The notes under the pieces: generated by a model
Databases searched by the model: none
Seen by the model: the letters and a program-made list of their open reading frames with translations, nothing else
What the model was told of the DNA's origin: nothing
Shown: positions 29,468-40,860 of the stretch, piece after piece
Layout of the letters: every line of letters begins with the position of its first letter
Numbering within the stretch: position 1 is the stretch's first letter
Program-made: the position numbers and the translations under genes
From: Gammaproteobacteria bacterium
GTDB lineage: Bacteria; Pseudomonadota; Gammaproteobacteria; Ga0077536
Assembly (NCBI GenBank): GCA_050184115.1
Contig: JBFXAQ010000002.1
Coordinates: 81,290 to 145,289, forward strand
Direction of reading: 5' to 3'
DNA: 64,000 bases

Positions 29468-31091
29468 GCTCGACGAGACGCGCGAGGGTCGCCGCGTCGA
29501 GCGGACGGGCGCAGGTCGCCAATGCCACGCCCGCGTGACCGGCCGCGCGCGCCAGGTCGTCGAGCAAACGACGGTTGAGCGGTGGCGGGGTATCGAGCGC
29601 GATGCAGGCCGCGGCCACCACCGCCACGCTGGCCGCGTCATCGCCGGGCGCCGTTGCCAGGGCACGTACGAACGCCGCGAGATCGAGCGCAGGCAACACC
29701 GTCGGTGCCGCACGCATCACGCCACCGGCCGGTCCGAGGTCAGCGAATTCGAAACCGAGCGCGGCAAGCCCGGCGCGCGCCGTGAGGGCGCGCACCTGGG
29801 CGACGTCGAGACGCTCGGGTAGCAACAACGGCCGAGGTACCGGTGGCCCGGCGAGGCGCACGGCGAGCACGCGGCGCCAGCATTCGACGAGATCGAACAC
29901 ACGCACCGCGCCAGCGTGTTCGTCGAGGAGAAAGCGTCTGCCGACCAGGGCCAGTGGGCGTCCTGGCCAGGACACCTCGGTGAGCGCCGGCGGCCGAGCG
30001 ACGTCCGCCCGGCGCAGGTAGGCGCGCGGCGGCGGTTCCCCGAGCGGCAGTGGTACGCCCGACGCAGCGGGCACTGGCACCGTACTGCCGGCCAGGGCCT
30101 GACTGACCGCCGTGTGCAGGATGTCGTGGACGGTGCGCAAGTCGGCGAAGCGCACCTCGAGCTTGCCGGGGTGGACGTTGACGTCGACGCTGTCGAGAGC
30201 CACCGTCAGTGCCAGCGCGTAGGCCGGATAACTGCCCGGTGGCACGGTCTCACCGTAGGCCGCGCGCACGGCATGGTGCAGGTTGCGATCGCGGATCACG
30301 CGACCGTTGAGGACGATGAACTGGAGGTCGTTCTGGTTGCCCGCCAGCTCGGCGCCGCCCACCCAGCCGGCCACGGTCACGCCATCCAGTTCGAGCGCGA
30401 CCGGCGAGGCGGCCGCGACGAAGGCCGCGCCAAACACCGCGCGCCAGCGCGGCGCATCGGCGCCCCAGGGCGCGGGCCGTACACGCAGTCCGCGCGAACC
30501 GGGCTGGTCGAGCGAGAAGGCGACGTCCGGGCGAGCGAAGGCGAAGTGACGCATCAGCCGCAGCACGTGCAGGAACTCGGTACGCGGCTGCTTGAGGAAG
30601 CGCCGCCGCGCCGGGATGCGCGCGAACAGTTCGCTGACCTCGATGCGGCAGCCGTGGTTGCCGCGTGCCGGTCGTGGTGCCGGCAGCGCATCTCCGGCGG
30701 CGGCGGCGACCTGCCAGGCATGGCTGTCATCGGCGGTGCGGCTGACGACGGCAACAGCGGCAACGGCCGCGATGCTGGCCAGCGCTTCGCCGCGGAAACC
30801 GAGCGAGGCGATGGTGTCGAGGTCGCGCGCGCTGCTGAGCTTGCTGGTCCAGTGGCGGCTGAAGGCGGCACCGAGTTCGGCGGCGGGGATGCCGCAGCCG
30901 TCGTCACTCACCACGATGCGGCCGACGCCGCCATCAACGAGTGCGACATCGATGCGTTGGGCGCCCGCATCGAGACTGTTCTCGACCAGTTCCTTGACCA
31001 CCGACGCCGGTCGCTCGATCACCTCGCCGGCGGCGATCTGGTTGATCAGGTGTTCGGGCAGCGGCCGGATGGCGGCGCGGGGCGCGGTCAT
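29460..31091 (-). CDS. mutL: DNA mismatch repair protein MutL
   Basis: GHKL ATPase N-terminus (…[27 protein letters not shown]…DDGCGI…) and a C-terminal dimerisation domain. At 543 aa it is at the short end of the family. Confidence 0.85.
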   Translation of the reverse strand: MTAPRAAIRPLPEHLINQIAAGEVIERPASVVKELVENSLDAGAQRIDVALVDGGVGRIVVSDDGCGIPAAELGAAFSRHWTSKLSSARDLDTIASLGFRGEALASIAAVAAVAVVSRTADDSHAWQVAAAAGDALPAPRPARGNHGCRIEVSELFARIPARRRFLKQPRTEFLHVLRLMRHFAFARPDVAFSLDQPGSRGLRVRPAPWGADAPRWRAVFGAAFVAAASPVALELDGVTVAGWVGGAELAGNQNDLQFIVLNGRVIRDRNLHHAVRAAYGETVPPGSYPAYALALTVALDSVDVNVHPGKLEVRFADLRTVHDILHTAVSQALAGSTVPVPAASGVPLPLGEPPPRAYLRRADVARPPALTEVSWPGRPLALVGRRFLLDEHAGAVRVFDLVECWRRVLAVRLAGPPVPRPLLLPERLDVAQVRALTARAGLAALGFEFADLGPAGGVMRAAPTVLPALDLAAFVRALATAPGDDAASVAVVAAACIALDTPPPLNRRLLDDLARAAGHAGVALATCARPLDAATLARLVEHG

Positions 31092-31137
31092 GCGGCGAAA
31101 TCTAGCACTTTGCCGACCGCCAGCGCCGGCAGCGCGC

Positions 31138-32523
31138 TCAGGGAATGCGCAGCTCCTGGCCCGTGCGCACCATCTCGGACGACAGGTTGTTGGCGAGCTT
31201 GAGGCTGTTCACGCTGACGTCGTAGCGGCTGGCGATGCCGGAAAGGGTGTCGCCCCGCGCGACCTTGTGACGGCGTACCTCGGCGAGGTGCGTACCGGGC
31301 GGCGGGTTGACACTGAAGTAATGGGCGATGCCGGCGTGGATGGCACCGGCCAGCTTGCGGCGGTAGGCCACGCTGCGCAGGCGCTTCTCCTCCGTCGGGT
31401 TCGAGATGAACGCCGTCTCGACCAGGATGGAGGGAATGTCGGGGGATTTGAGCACCATGAAGCCGGCATGCTGAACCTGCTTGCGGTGCACGGGGCCGAT
31501 CGATTTCAAGGCGCCGAGCACGTGGTTGGCGAGGTCGATGCTGGCCTCGATCGATGCCGTCTGGGAGAGGTCGAGCAACACCGACTTGAGCACCGCGTCC
31601 TTGTCGTCGAGTGACACCCCGCCGATCAGGTCGGAAGCATTCTCGTTGTCGGCCAGCCACTTGGCCGCCTCGCTGCTGGCGCCGCGCTGGGATAGCACGT
31701 AGACGGAGGATCCGCTCACACGCCGGTCGCGGAAGGCATCGGCGTGGATCGAGACAAAGAGGTCGGCCTGCTGGCCGCGGGCATGGTCCATGCGTTCGCG
31801 CAGGTTGAGGTAGCGATCGTTGCCACGGGTCAGCACCGCGCGCATGCCGGGCTGGCGATCGATGATCGCGGCCAGCTCGCGCGCGACCGCCAGGGTGATG
31901 TCCTTCTCGTAGACCCCGCTCGGCCCGATGGCACCGACGTCGGCGCCGCCGTGACCGGCATCGATGGCGACGATGACCTCGCGCAACGGCGCCGCACGGG
32001 GCCGGGCCGGCGCGGCCGGCTTCGCGGTGGCGGTGACGATGACCGCCGACGTCGCCGCCAGGGTCTCGGGCGCTTCGATGGCCGGCGGCGATGTCGGTTT
32101 CGGCGCGGGCGCAGCGGCCGGGGTCACGCTCGGCGCCGATCCTCCCGGTGCAACGAGGTCGAGGACCACGCGGTAGCCGTAGTCGTCGGTCGGTGGTAGC
32201 AGGGCGTCGTCGACCCGCATGGACTGGCCGAGGTCGAGCACCACGCGCAGGCCGTCCTTGCCACGCACGGCGTGGCGCAGGCCACGCAGGTCGGTGAGAC
32301 CGGACGGGATCGCGAGGCGACCGTGGGTGCGGGTAGCCTTGAAATCGATGACGATGCGTTCGGGATTGCGCATCGTGAACACGCTGTAGTCGGCACGCTC
32401 GCTCAGGTCGAAGACCACGCGGGTGCGCGGCGGCTCGCGCCAGGTCCGCACGCCCTTGAGTTCGGCCGCGTCGACCGTGCTGCAGAAAATGCACAGCAGT
32501 ATGAGAAAAGCGAGCCTGCGCAT
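31138..32523 (-). CDS. amiB: N-acetylmuramoyl-L-alanine amidase (AMIN domain, Amidase_3, C-terminal LysM)
   Basis: Signal peptide, AMIN domain, Amidase_3 catalytic core (…IVAIDAGHGG…SIHADA…), and a LysM at the C-terminus (…HKVARGDTLSGIASRYDV…). Occupies the position of amiB in the E. coli tsaE-amiB-mutL order. AmiB versus AmiC cannot be distinguished from sequence alone. Confidence 0.85.
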   Translation of the reverse strand: MRRLAFLILLCIFCSTVDAAELKGVRTWREPPRTRVVFDLSERADYSVFTMRNPERIVIDFKATRTHGRLAIPSGLTDLRGLRHAVRGKDGLRVVLDLGQSMRVDDALLPPTDDYGYRVVLDLVAPGGSAPSVTPAAAPAPKPTSPPAIEAPETLAATSAVIVTATAKPAAPARPRAAPLREVIVAIDAGHGGADVGAIGPSGVYEKDITLAVARELAAIIDRQPGMRAVLTRGNDRYLNLRERMDHARGQQADLFVSIHADAFRDRRVSGSSVYVLSQRGASSEAAKWLADNENASDLIGGVSLDDKDAVLKSVLLDLSQTASIEASIDLANHVLGALKSIGPVHRKQVQHAGFMVLKSPDIPSILVETAFISNPTEEKRLRSVAYRRKLAGAIHAGIAHYFSVNPPPGTHLAEVRRHKVARGDTLSGIASRYDVSVNSLKLANNLSSEMVRTGQELRIP

Positions 32524-32527
32524 GGGC

Positions 32528-32640
32528 TTAGAGGATGTTTCTCAGACTTTCCGCGCATTTTGAGCGAGTTACTCGTACAAATTCAAGTATTCCTTATGAT
32601 CAATCTCTATCCATTTGATTTAAATAAATTCATCTCGATG
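32528..32640. other. Anomalous AT-rich island of about 110 bp (about 30-35% GC against about 70% background). It covers the last 8 codons of tsaE and the amiB upstream region.
   Basis: Sequence: …tttctcagactttccgcgcattttgagcgagttactcgtacaaattcaagtattccttatgatcaatctctatccatttgatttaaataaattcatctcgatg…. Sharp compositional discontinuity on both sides. Confidence 0.7.
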
Positions 32641-33086
32641 TGAAAACGCTCGGCCCAAGCCTCGTCAACGAACACCAGCGACAGTTCGCGCGCGGTCCCC
32701 GCGATGGCGATGTGAATGGCGAGGTCCGCCGGCGGCAGGATGCCGACACCGCGTTCCGGCCATTCGACCAGGATGTCGGCGCTGCCGCTGAAATAGTCCT
32801 CGATACCGATGAACTCGAGTTCCGCGGCATCCGCCAGGCGGTAGAGGTCGAAATGATGGACGGTGACATCGCCCAGCAGGTAGGTCTCGACGAGCGTGAA
32901 AGTGGGACTCTTGACCGCCCCGTCATGACCCAGAGCTCGCACGTAACCACGCGCCAGCGTGGTCTTGCCGGCGGCGAGCGGGCCGTCCAGCGTGACGAAG
33001 CGACCGCGCGGGGCGGTGCGCGCCAGGACCGCCCCGCAGGCCTCCATGTCGTCGCCGGTTTCGGCGCGGTAGTGCGTCGTGCGCAT
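32607..33086 (-). CDS. tsaE: tRNA threonylcarbamoyladenosine biosynthesis protein TsaE
   Basis: Walker A …LDGPLAAGKTTLARG… and TsaE fold. The last 8 codons (…MNLFKSNG*) lie in an anomalous AT-rich segment. Confidence 0.8.
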   Translation of the reverse strand: MRTTHYRAETGDDMEACGAVLARTAPRGRFVTLDGPLAAGKTTLARGYVRALGHDGAVKSPTFTLVETYLLGDVTVHHFDLYRLADAAELEFIGIEDYFSGSADILVEWPERGVGILPPADLAIHIAIAGTARELSLVFVDEAWAERFHIEMNLFKSNG

Positions 33087-33094
33087 GCGCGCAG

Positions 33095-34600
33095 TCAGCG
33101 GGGTGGATTGACCACGGTCCGCAACCAGGGCATCAGGTCGCCGGCGAGGAGGCCGCGCTCGCCGCCTGTCGCGGCCGCGCGGTCGGCGGCCTCGGCATGG
33201 AGGCAGGCGCCGAGCGTCGCCGCCTCCGGCGGGGCGTGACCCTGGGCCAGCAACGCGGCGATCACCCCGCACAGCACGTCGCCCATACCGCCGCTCGCCA
33301 TGCCCGGGTTGCCACCGGCGACCACCGCTGGCAGGTCACCGTCGCTGTGAACGATGGTGCCGGCGCCCTTCAACAGTACCGGCCCGCCGTAACGCGCGGT
33401 CAGCGCGCGCGCCGCGGCGAAACGGTCGCGCGCGATGGCCGCCGTGCCCGTACCGAGCAGGCGCGCCGCTTCACCGGGATGCGGCGTCAGCACCCGACCG
33501 GCACGAAGGTCAGGGTCCGCGGCCAGCAGATTGAGGCCGTCGGCATCGAAGACCACCGGCACGGCGCAGTCACGCGCGACCGCGAACAGTGCCCTGCCCC
33601 ACTCGCCCTGGCCGAGGCCAGGACCGAGCGCGACGACGCTGGCCCGCGCCAGCAGCGGGCGCAACGCCGCACCGTCGGCGACACCGTGGCACATCAGTTC
33701 CGGTCGCGCCGCCGTCACGCTCGCAGCATGCGCCGGATGGGTGGCGAGCGAGACCAGGCCCGCACCGACGCGCAGGGCCGCCTCGCCCGCCAGGCGTGCG
33801 GCGCCGGCAAAGCCCGGCGCGCCACCGACGACGAGGACGTGGCCGAAATCGCCCTTGTGCGCAGTCCGCCGACGCGGTCCGAATGCATGCGCGATGGTCG
33901 CGTAGTCGATGCGCCGCGCGGTCGGCGCCACGGCGGCCAGGCACGCGGGTGCCAGATCGAGGTCGGCGTACACGATGCGGCCGGCGTGGGCCGGACCGTC
34001 ACCCGTGTACAGGCCCTGCTTGAGTCCGATGAAGGTCACCGTGCATTGCGCCTCGACCGCACAGCCGAGGCTGCGGCCGCTGCTGGCGTCGAGCCCGGAG
34101 GGCACGTCGATGGCGAGCACGGGACGCGGGGCGGCGTTGATCGCGGCGATGACGTCGGCCTGGCGGCCAGCGACTTCACGGTCGAGGCCCGTGCCGAAGA
34201 GTGCATCGACGATGACGTCGGCAGCGGCCAGACGCGCGGCGAGCGCTTCACCCCTGCTGGTCGGCACGACTCCGCCGCTCGCCGCCAGGTCGCGCGCCAG
34301 CGCGGCGTCGCCGGTGATGCGCTCCGTGGCGCCGACGAGTTCGATGTCGACCTCGAACCCGTCCGCGCGCGCCAGCGCAGCGATGACGAAACCGTCACCG
34401 CCGTTGTTGCCGGTGCCGCAGACGATGGCCAGCCGCCGCGCCTGCGGCCACTCCGCGCGCAAGGCGTCGAACGCGGCGCGGCCGGCGCGCTGCATGAGAT
34501 CGAAGCCGGCAATCCCCGCGACCTCGATGGCGTGGCGGTCGAGCGCCCGCGTGGCCGCCGCGTCGTAGAGTACAGCGGGGAGTTCGGCCTCGCCGCTCAC
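33095..34600 (-). CDS. nnr: Bifunctional NAD(P)H-hydrate repair enzyme Nnr (YjeF-N epimerase plus YjeF-C dehydratase)
   Basis: YjeF-N (…[14 protein letters not shown]…) and YjeF-C (…[13 protein letters not shown]…[11 protein letters not shown]…) halves. GTG start overlaps the orn stop (GTGA). Confidence 0.8.
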   Translation of the reverse strand: MSGEAELPAVLYDAAATRALDRHAIEVAGIAGFDLMQRAGRAAFDALRAEWPQARRLAIVCGTGNNGGDGFVIAALARADGFEVDIELVGATERITGDAALARDLAASGGVVPTSRGEALAARLAAADVIVDALFGTGLDREVAGRQADVIAAINAAPRPVLAIDVPSGLDASSGRSLGCAVEAQCTVTFIGLKQGLYTGDGPAHAGRIVYADLDLAPACLAAVAPTARRIDYATIAHAFGPRRRTAHKGDFGHVLVVGGAPGFAGAARLAGEAALRVGAGLVSLATHPAHAASVTAARPELMCHGVADGAALRPLLARASVVALGPGLGQGEWGRALFAVARDCAVPVVFDADGLNLLAADPDLRAGRVLTPHPGEAARLLGTGTAAIARDRFAAARALTARYGGPVLLKGAGTIVHSDGDLPAVVAGGNPGMASGGMGDVLCGVIAALLAQGHAPPEAATLGACLHAEAADRAAATGGERGLLAGDLMPWLRTVVNPPR

Positions 34601-35145
34601 GCCGGCAGGCGCAGGAAATGCGCCCGGTAATGGGCGAGTTCGCCGATCGAGTCGCGGATGTCGTCGAGCGCGAGATGGCGCCCCTGCTTGGTGAAGGCGG
34701 GCAGACCCGGCGCCCAGCGCGCCGCCAGCTCCTTCAACGTGCTGACGTCGAGGTTGCGGTAGTGGAAGAACTCGGCCAGTTCCGGCATGTAACGGTAGAG
34801 GAAGCGCCGGTCCTGGCAGATGCTGTTGCCGCACATCGGCGAGGTCCGTGGCGGCACCCAGCGGCGCAGGAAGTCCAGGGTCGCGGCCTCGGCGTCGGCC
34901 GTCGACTGCGTGCTCGCGCGTACGCGCGCGGTCAGACCGGACTCGCCGTGCTGGCGCGTGTTCCAGTCGTCCATCGCGGCGAGCACGTCGTCGCCGTGAT
35001 GGATGGCGACGAGCGGTCCTTCGACCTGTTCGGTGAGGTGGGCGTCGGTGACGATGGTCGCGATCTCGATGATGACGTCGCGCTCGGGTTCGAGGCCGGT
35101 CATCTCGAGATCGATCCACACGAGGTTCTGGTCGGAATACTGCAT
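34597..35145 (-). CDS. orn: Oligoribonuclease
   Basis: DEDDh exonuclease motifs (…[11 protein letters not shown]…, …[14 protein letters not shown]…, …H…D). 182 aa from MQYSDQNL with GGAG RBS. Confidence 0.9.
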   Translation of the reverse strand: MQYSDQNLVWIDLEMTGLEPERDVIIEIATIVTDAHLTEQVEGPLVAIHHGDDVLAAMDDWNTRQHGESGLTARVRASTQSTADAEAATLDFLRRWVPPRTSPMCGNSICQDRRFLYRYMPELAEFFHYRNLDVSTLKELAARWAPGLPAFTKQGRHLALDDIRDSIGELAHYRAHFLRLPA

Positions 35146-35191
35146 GGGACGTGCTCCGGGCGGTGACGGCCGCTGTCGATGCGAGTGTCGC

Positions 35192-35788
35192 TCAGTAGTC
35201 GTGGCGGCTGGCGAGTGCGCGCGACAGGGTCGAGCTGTCGACGAACTCGAGTTCGCCGCCGATCGGCACGCCGTGGGCAATGCGCGTAGCGCGCACGCCG
35301 TGCTCGGTGGCAACTTCCTTGAGGTAGTGCGCGGTGGCCTCGCCCTCCATGGTCGTGCCGGTGGCGACGATCAGTTCGGTGACCTCGCCGTCACGCAGGC
35401 GCTGCTCGAGCAGCGGGATACCGATGCTGGCCGGCGTCATGCCGTCAATTGGCGACAGCCGTCCCATGAGGACGAAATAGCGGCCGCGGAAGTCGGCGGC
35501 CTGCTCGATGGCCGCGACATCGAGCGGGTTCTCGACCACGCACACCACGCTGCCGTCGCGGTTGGGATTGCGGCAGAGCTGGCACAACTCTTCTTCGCAG
35601 AACGTGCGACAGCGTGCGCAATGGCCGATGCGCTCGGCCGCGAGGCGCAGCACCTCGGCCAGGCGCAGGGCCTTGTCGCGCTGCTGTTCGAGCAGGTGGA
35701 AGGCGATGCGCTGAGCGGACTTCGGGCCGATGCCGGGCAGGTACTGCAGGACGGTGATCAGTTCGGCGAGCAGCGGCGACGGATGCAT
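35192..35788 (-). CDS. recR: Recombination protein RecR
   Basis: HhH, C4 zinc finger (CxxC…CxxC), Toprim and Walker-B-like regions. 198 aa. Confidence 0.9.
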   Translation of the reverse strand: MHPSPLLAELITVLQYLPGIGPKSAQRIAFHLLEQQRDKALRLAEVLRLAAERIGHCARCRTFCEEELCQLCRNPNRDGSVVCVVENPLDVAAIEQAADFRGRYFVLMGRLSPIDGMTPASIGIPLLEQRLRDGEVTELIVATGTTMEGEATAHYLKEVATEHGVRATRIAHGVPIGGELEFVDSSTLSRALASRHDY

Positions 35789-35807
35789 GGGCGACGTTCG
35801 CGGTGGA

Positions 35808-36131
35808 TCAGAACGGCAACTTCATGCCCGGCGGCAGCTCGAGCCCGGCGGTCACGCCGGCCAGCTTGTCCTTGCTCAGCACCTCGACGCGACGGTTGGC
35901 GTCGTTGACCGCGGCGGCGACGAGGTCTTCGAGCATGCCGCGGTCTTCGCTCAGCAACGCCGGTTCGATACGCACCGCGCGGACTTCGTGACGGCCGTTC
36001 ATGGTCACCTTGACCATGCCGGCGCCCGCTTCGCCGGTGACCTCGGTCCGCGCGATCTCTTCCTGCAGGCGCTGAACCTCGGCCTGCATCTTCTGCGCCT
36101 GCTTCATCAGGTCGCCGAGCGCACCTTTCAT
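35808..36131 (-). CDS. ybaB: Nucleoid-associated protein YbaB/EbfC
   Basis: 107 aa. Conserved …LMKQAQKMQ…[14 protein letters not shown]… region. AGGAGA RBS. Canonical dnaX-ybaB-recR order. Confidence 0.9.
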   Translation of the reverse strand: MKGALGDLMKQAQKMQAEVQRLQEEIARTEVTGEAGAGMVKVTMNGRHEVRAVRIEPALLSEDRGMLEDLVAAAVNDANRRVEVLSKDKLAGVTAGLELPPGMKLPF

Positions 36132-36188
36132 GACCTTCGTTCTCCTGTTCGGGGCGGGGCGGCGCGGCGGCGCCGGTCACGCGTGGAT

Positions 36189-37859
36189 TCAACGCGCCGA
36201 AACGTCTTCGATCGTGGCATCGAAGGTAGCGCGCAAGGCTTGTACGTGCGGGTCGCCGTCGATGGTCAACTCGGCCTGGCGCTGGCGCTCGGCCTGTTCG
36301 GCGCTGCGCTGCTGGCTCGGCGTCTGCAATTCGCCGCCCGCGTCGACCCGCACCTCGATACGCACCGCGTGGCCGAGGTGCTCGGCGAGCGCGGTCTGCA
36401 GGTTGTCGACGTGGCGACGCTGGGCGAGCTTCTCGAACTGCGGCGCGATGACGAGTTCCAGCGCGCGACCGTCGTAACCCGCCAGCGCGCTGTTGCGAGC
36501 GAGCTCGCGGGCGAGCCCGACCAGCGCCAGGTCGTCGACCGTGCGCGCCCAGTCGAGCGACACGGGCGCGCCGCGCGGCGCGGCGGCCGCGCTGGCGACG
36601 TCGTCGGCCGCGCCCTCGTCGGCGGCCGGGGCCATCGGCAGCGACGCCGCGGTCGCCACGACGGCCTCGGCCGGCATCGTGGCGCGTGCGCTGTCGACTG
36701 CCGCCGAGGTCGTGGGCGGCGCACTGGCGGGCGCCGCGCGCGGCGTCGCCTGCGGGGCGGCGGCCACCGGCGGCGGCGCCGCGGGCCGGAAGGCGAGCAT
36801 GCGCAAGAGCACCATCTCGAAGCCGGATTCCGGCTCCGGGGCGTATTGCAGGTCGCGCCGGCCGTTCAGCGCAATCTGGTAGAACAACTGGCATTCGTCG
36901 GCGGCGACGCGAGTCGCCAACTCGATCACCCGCGGGTCGCTCTCGACCTCCGCGGCCGCGTCCGCAAGGGCGTGTACAACTGCGATACGCCGCAGCAGCG
37001 AGAGCATCTCGGCCAGCACCTGGACATAGTCCGGCGCGTACTCGGCCAGTTCGCGCGCGCATTCGATCACCGCCCTGCCCTCGCCCGCCGCCACTGTTTC
37101 GACCAGCCCGAGCACGCGGCCCTGGTCGATGGTGCCGAGCATCTGCGCGACCTCGGCCGTGACGATGCGGCCGCCGCCGTGGGCGATGGCCTGGTCGAGC
37201 AGGCTGAGCGAGTCACGCACGCTGCCGCCGGCGGCCTGCGCCACCAGCGCGAGTGCGGGTTGGTCGTACTCGACGCCTTCGGCATCGAGCACTCGACCGA
37301 GGTGCTCGGCGAGCTGGGCGACCGAAAGCCGCGTCAGGTTGAACTGCAGGCAGCGCGACAGGATGGTGACCGGCAGCTTCTTCGGATCGGTCGTCGCGAG
37401 CAGGAACTTGACGTGCGGCGGCGGCTCCTCGAGCGTCTTCAAGAGCGCGTTGAAGGAGTGGTTGGAGAACATGTGCACCTCGTCGATGAGGTACACCTTG
37501 TAGCGGGCGCGGGTCGGCGCGTAGGGCACGTTGTCGAGCAGTTCGCGGGTCTCGTCGACCTTGGTGCGCGAGGCGGCGTCGACTTCGATGAGATCGACGC
37601 AGCGACCGCTGTCGATCTCCTGGCAGGACGAGCATTCCCCGCAGGGCTGGCTGGAGACGCCACGCTCACAGTTGAGCGCCTTGGCGAAAACCCGCGCGAG
37701 CGTCGTCTTGCCGACGCCGCGGGTGCCGGTGAAGAGGTAGGCGTGATGCAGCCGGTCGCCGTCCAGCGCGTTGACCAGCGCCTTCAGCACGTGGCCCTGG
37801 CCGAGGACCTCGCCGAAGCTGCGCGGTCGCCATTTGCGGGCGAGTACCTGGTAGCTCAT
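36189..37859 (-). CDS. dnaX: DNA polymerase III subunits tau/gamma
   Basis: AAA+ clamp-loader motifs (GTRGVGKTT, DEVHM, SRC), a zinc module (CGECSSC), and an Ala/Pro-rich linker plus tau C-terminal domains. 556 aa from MSYQVLARKW. Confidence 0.9.
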   Translation of the reverse strand: MSYQVLARKWRPRSFGEVLGQGHVLKALVNALDGDRLHHAYLFTGTRGVGKTTLARVFAKALNCERGVSSQPCGECSSCQEIDSGRCVDLIEVDAASRTKVDETRELLDNVPYAPTRARYKVYLIDEVHMFSNHSFNALLKTLEEPPPHVKFLLATTDPKKLPVTILSRCLQFNLTRLSVAQLAEHLGRVLDAEGVEYDQPALALVAQAAGGSVRDSLSLLDQAIAHGGGRIVTAEVAQMLGTIDQGRVLGLVETVAAGEGRAVIECARELAEYAPDYVQVLAEMLSLLRRIAVVHALADAAAEVESDPRVIELATRVAADECQLFYQIALNGRRDLQYAPEPESGFEMVLLRMLAFRPAAPPPVAAAPQATPRAAPASAPPTTSAAVDSARATMPAEAVVATAASLPMAPAADEGAADDVASAAAAPRGAPVSLDWARTVDDLALVGLARELARNSALAGYDGRALELVIAPQFEKLAQRRHVDNLQTALAEHLGHAVRIEVRVDAGGELQTPSQQRSAEQAERQRQAELTIDGDPHVQALRATFDATIEDVSAR

Positions 37860-37904
37860 CGGTCGGCGGCGTCGTTCGGACTCGTCGGCGCGGCGCGCCG
37901 TGGG

Positions 37905-38024
37905 AAAAGGCGGCGGCCGTATCAGCCACACCCCGGCACCCGCAGATACCGTTACCGCTGCTCCCTTCCGGGCCTGACGGGGTTTACGGCGCTACGCCGC
38001 GGGGGGACCGAAACGGCCACCATT
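37905..38024 (-). ncRNA. ffs: Signal recognition particle RNA (4.5S RNA), small bacterial type
   Basis: Minus-strand sequence contains the universally conserved domain IV element 'GUCAGGCCCGGAAGGGAGCAGC' (compare E. coli GUCAGGUCCGGAAGGAAGCAGC). The two arms pair (5' GGUGGCCGU… / …ACGGCCGCC 3'). A CCGCCUUUUCC tail follows. Located immediately upstream of dnaX, as in many gammaproteobacteria. The ends are approximate. Confidence 0.65.
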
Positions 38025-38081
38025 GATTCGAGGGGCGCAGTGTACACCACGGCGCGGCGACCGTGCGCCTGCCGTCGCCGC

Positions 38082-38549
38082 TCAGGTCCGCGTGAGCGGC
38101 AGCGCGGTCTTCTTCGCCACCGTGCGCAGGGTGAAGCTCGACTTGACCCGCGCCACCCCGGGCAGCTTGGTCAGGTACTGGTGGTGGATGCGCTCGTAGT
38201 CGACGGTGTCACGGGCCACCACCCGCAGCAGGTAGTCGTACTCACCAGTGACGAGATAGCACTCCATCACCTCCGGCACCTCGCGCACCGCGGCCTCGAA
38301 ACGGTCGAGGTCCTGCTGCTGCTGGCTGACCAGGGTGATCTCGGCGAAGACATTGCCCGGGATGCCAACCGCCACCGGGTCCACGAGCATGGTGTAGCGG
38401 TCGATGACCCCGCCCTCCTCGAGCAGGCGCACGCGCCGCAGGCAGGCCGATTCCGACAGGTGCACGCGTTCGGCGAGCTGGACGTTGGTCATGCGCCCGT
38501 CCGCCTGGAGAGCGGCCAGGATGGCGCGATCCGTGGCATCGATTTTCAT
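38082..38549 (-). CDS. Lrp/AsnC-family transcriptional regulator
   Basis: HTH_AsnC N-terminus (…ILAALQADGRMTNVQLAERVHLSESACLRRVRLLEE…) and RAM domain C-terminus. 155 aa from MKIDATD. Divergent from ald. Confidence 0.85.
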   Translation of the reverse strand: MKIDATDRAILAALQADGRMTNVQLAERVHLSESACLRRVRLLEEGGVIDRYTMLVDPVAVGIPGNVFAEITLVSQQQQDLDRFEAAVREVPEVMECYLVTGEYDYLLRVVARDTVDYERIHHQYLTKLPGVARVKSSFTLRTVAKKTALPLTRT

Positions 38550-38550
38550 C

Positions 38551-38569
38551 GTTCGAATTAAATTCGAAC
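38551..38569. promoter_or_regulatory. Perfect 9-1-9 palindrome GTTCGAATT-A-AATTCGAAC abutting the lrp-family start codon, within the lrp/ald divergent intergenic region
   Basis: Read directly from sequence. Located 2-20 nt upstream of the regulator ATG. AT-rich TTCGAA-containing half-sites recur further into the intergenic region. Typical of Lrp/AsnC autoregulatory operators. Confidence 0.5.
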
Positions 38570-38717
38570 GATTGTCGACTTTCCAGCAGTTATTTCGAAA
38601 TCGACCGCCATCCGCCGTCGAATACGCAAGCCAATTTCGTCCGGGCCGGCCTACAGTAGCCACTCATCGGCAGCGCGTCGGGCGCTCCCTGCCAGCCACT
38701 CCCAGGAGGACCGGGCC

Positions 38718-39836
<1,119 letters not shown>

Positions 39837-40860
39837 GCCTGCGCGTGCTCGGCGCGACGGCGATCGGCGAAGCCGGCGAGGAGCCAGGCGAGGTCCTGGC
39901 GATAGGTCGCCGTCTCGCCGCCGCGCAGGGCCGCGGCCACCATGCGGCGCAGCAGCTTGGACAGCTCGGCGGCGGCCATGCGCAGCGCGAGACCGTCGCC
40001 GCGCCGGATGAACTTGTAGTAGAAGCCACCGCGCCCGCGCAGGTAGCGCTGGCGCAGTGCGGCGATGTCCGGCTCGCTGCGCCGGCCGTGGTGGTGGTAG
40101 ACGACCACCCCGGGTTCGTAGCTCAGGCGGTAGCCGGCGCGAAACGCGCGGTAGACGACATCGGCGTCGTTGCCCGAACCGACCGGCGCCCCCGGTCCTA
40201 CCAGCGGATCGAAGTGCCCGAGCGCGTCGAGGCAAGCCCGGCGCAGGGCCATGTTGCAGCCGATGAGCAGGGTGAACTGGCGGCGCGGCGAAGTCAGCAG
40301 GACGCGCTCGCGGCCACTGCGCGTGGTCAGCGCGGCATCGCCCGCGTCGTGGAGTTCGACCCGCCCGCCGAAGCCGTCCAACGCCGGGTCGGCGTCGAAG
40401 ACAGCGCGGATGTCGTCGAGCCAGCTCGCCGGCAGCAGGCAGTCGTCGTCGGTGAACGCGATGACGTCGCCGCGGGCGACCGTGAGCGCATGGTTCAGCG
40501 CCAGCGGCTTGCCCGGGGTCGCTTCGGTCAGCGCGGTCAACGGCAGCCCGGCACGCCCCGACCACGCCTCGAGCAGCGCCGGCGTGGTGTCGCGCGAGCC
40601 GTTGTCGACCACGATCAGCTCCCACTCGAGGCCGTCGCCGGGCTGCAGTTTCCCGGCGCTCTCGAGCAGGGCCGCGAGGGACGCGGCACGATCGCGGGTC
40701 GCGACGATGACACTGATGTACATGGTTTCGCCGTTCGTTGCGGGGCATCGCACGGCCGGCGCGGGCGCCGCCGTCGGCTTGACCGGCTGGTGGTCAGATC
40801 GTAGCGTGCGCTGGCCCTGCCGCGCGCAGAATCCTAACACCCCTCCAAGGAGCCCGGCGC

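Noticed and set aside
35730-38561. 943-aa plus-strand ORF
   Set aside because: Spans and is antisense to ybaB, dnaX, ffs and lrp. Arg/Gly-rich nonsense translation.
38551-38569. GTTCGAATT motif as a possible tRNA T-arm
   Set aside because: It is one half of a perfect palindrome in a promoter region. No acceptor-stem or anticodon-arm complementarity around it. No tRNA called anywhere in the window.
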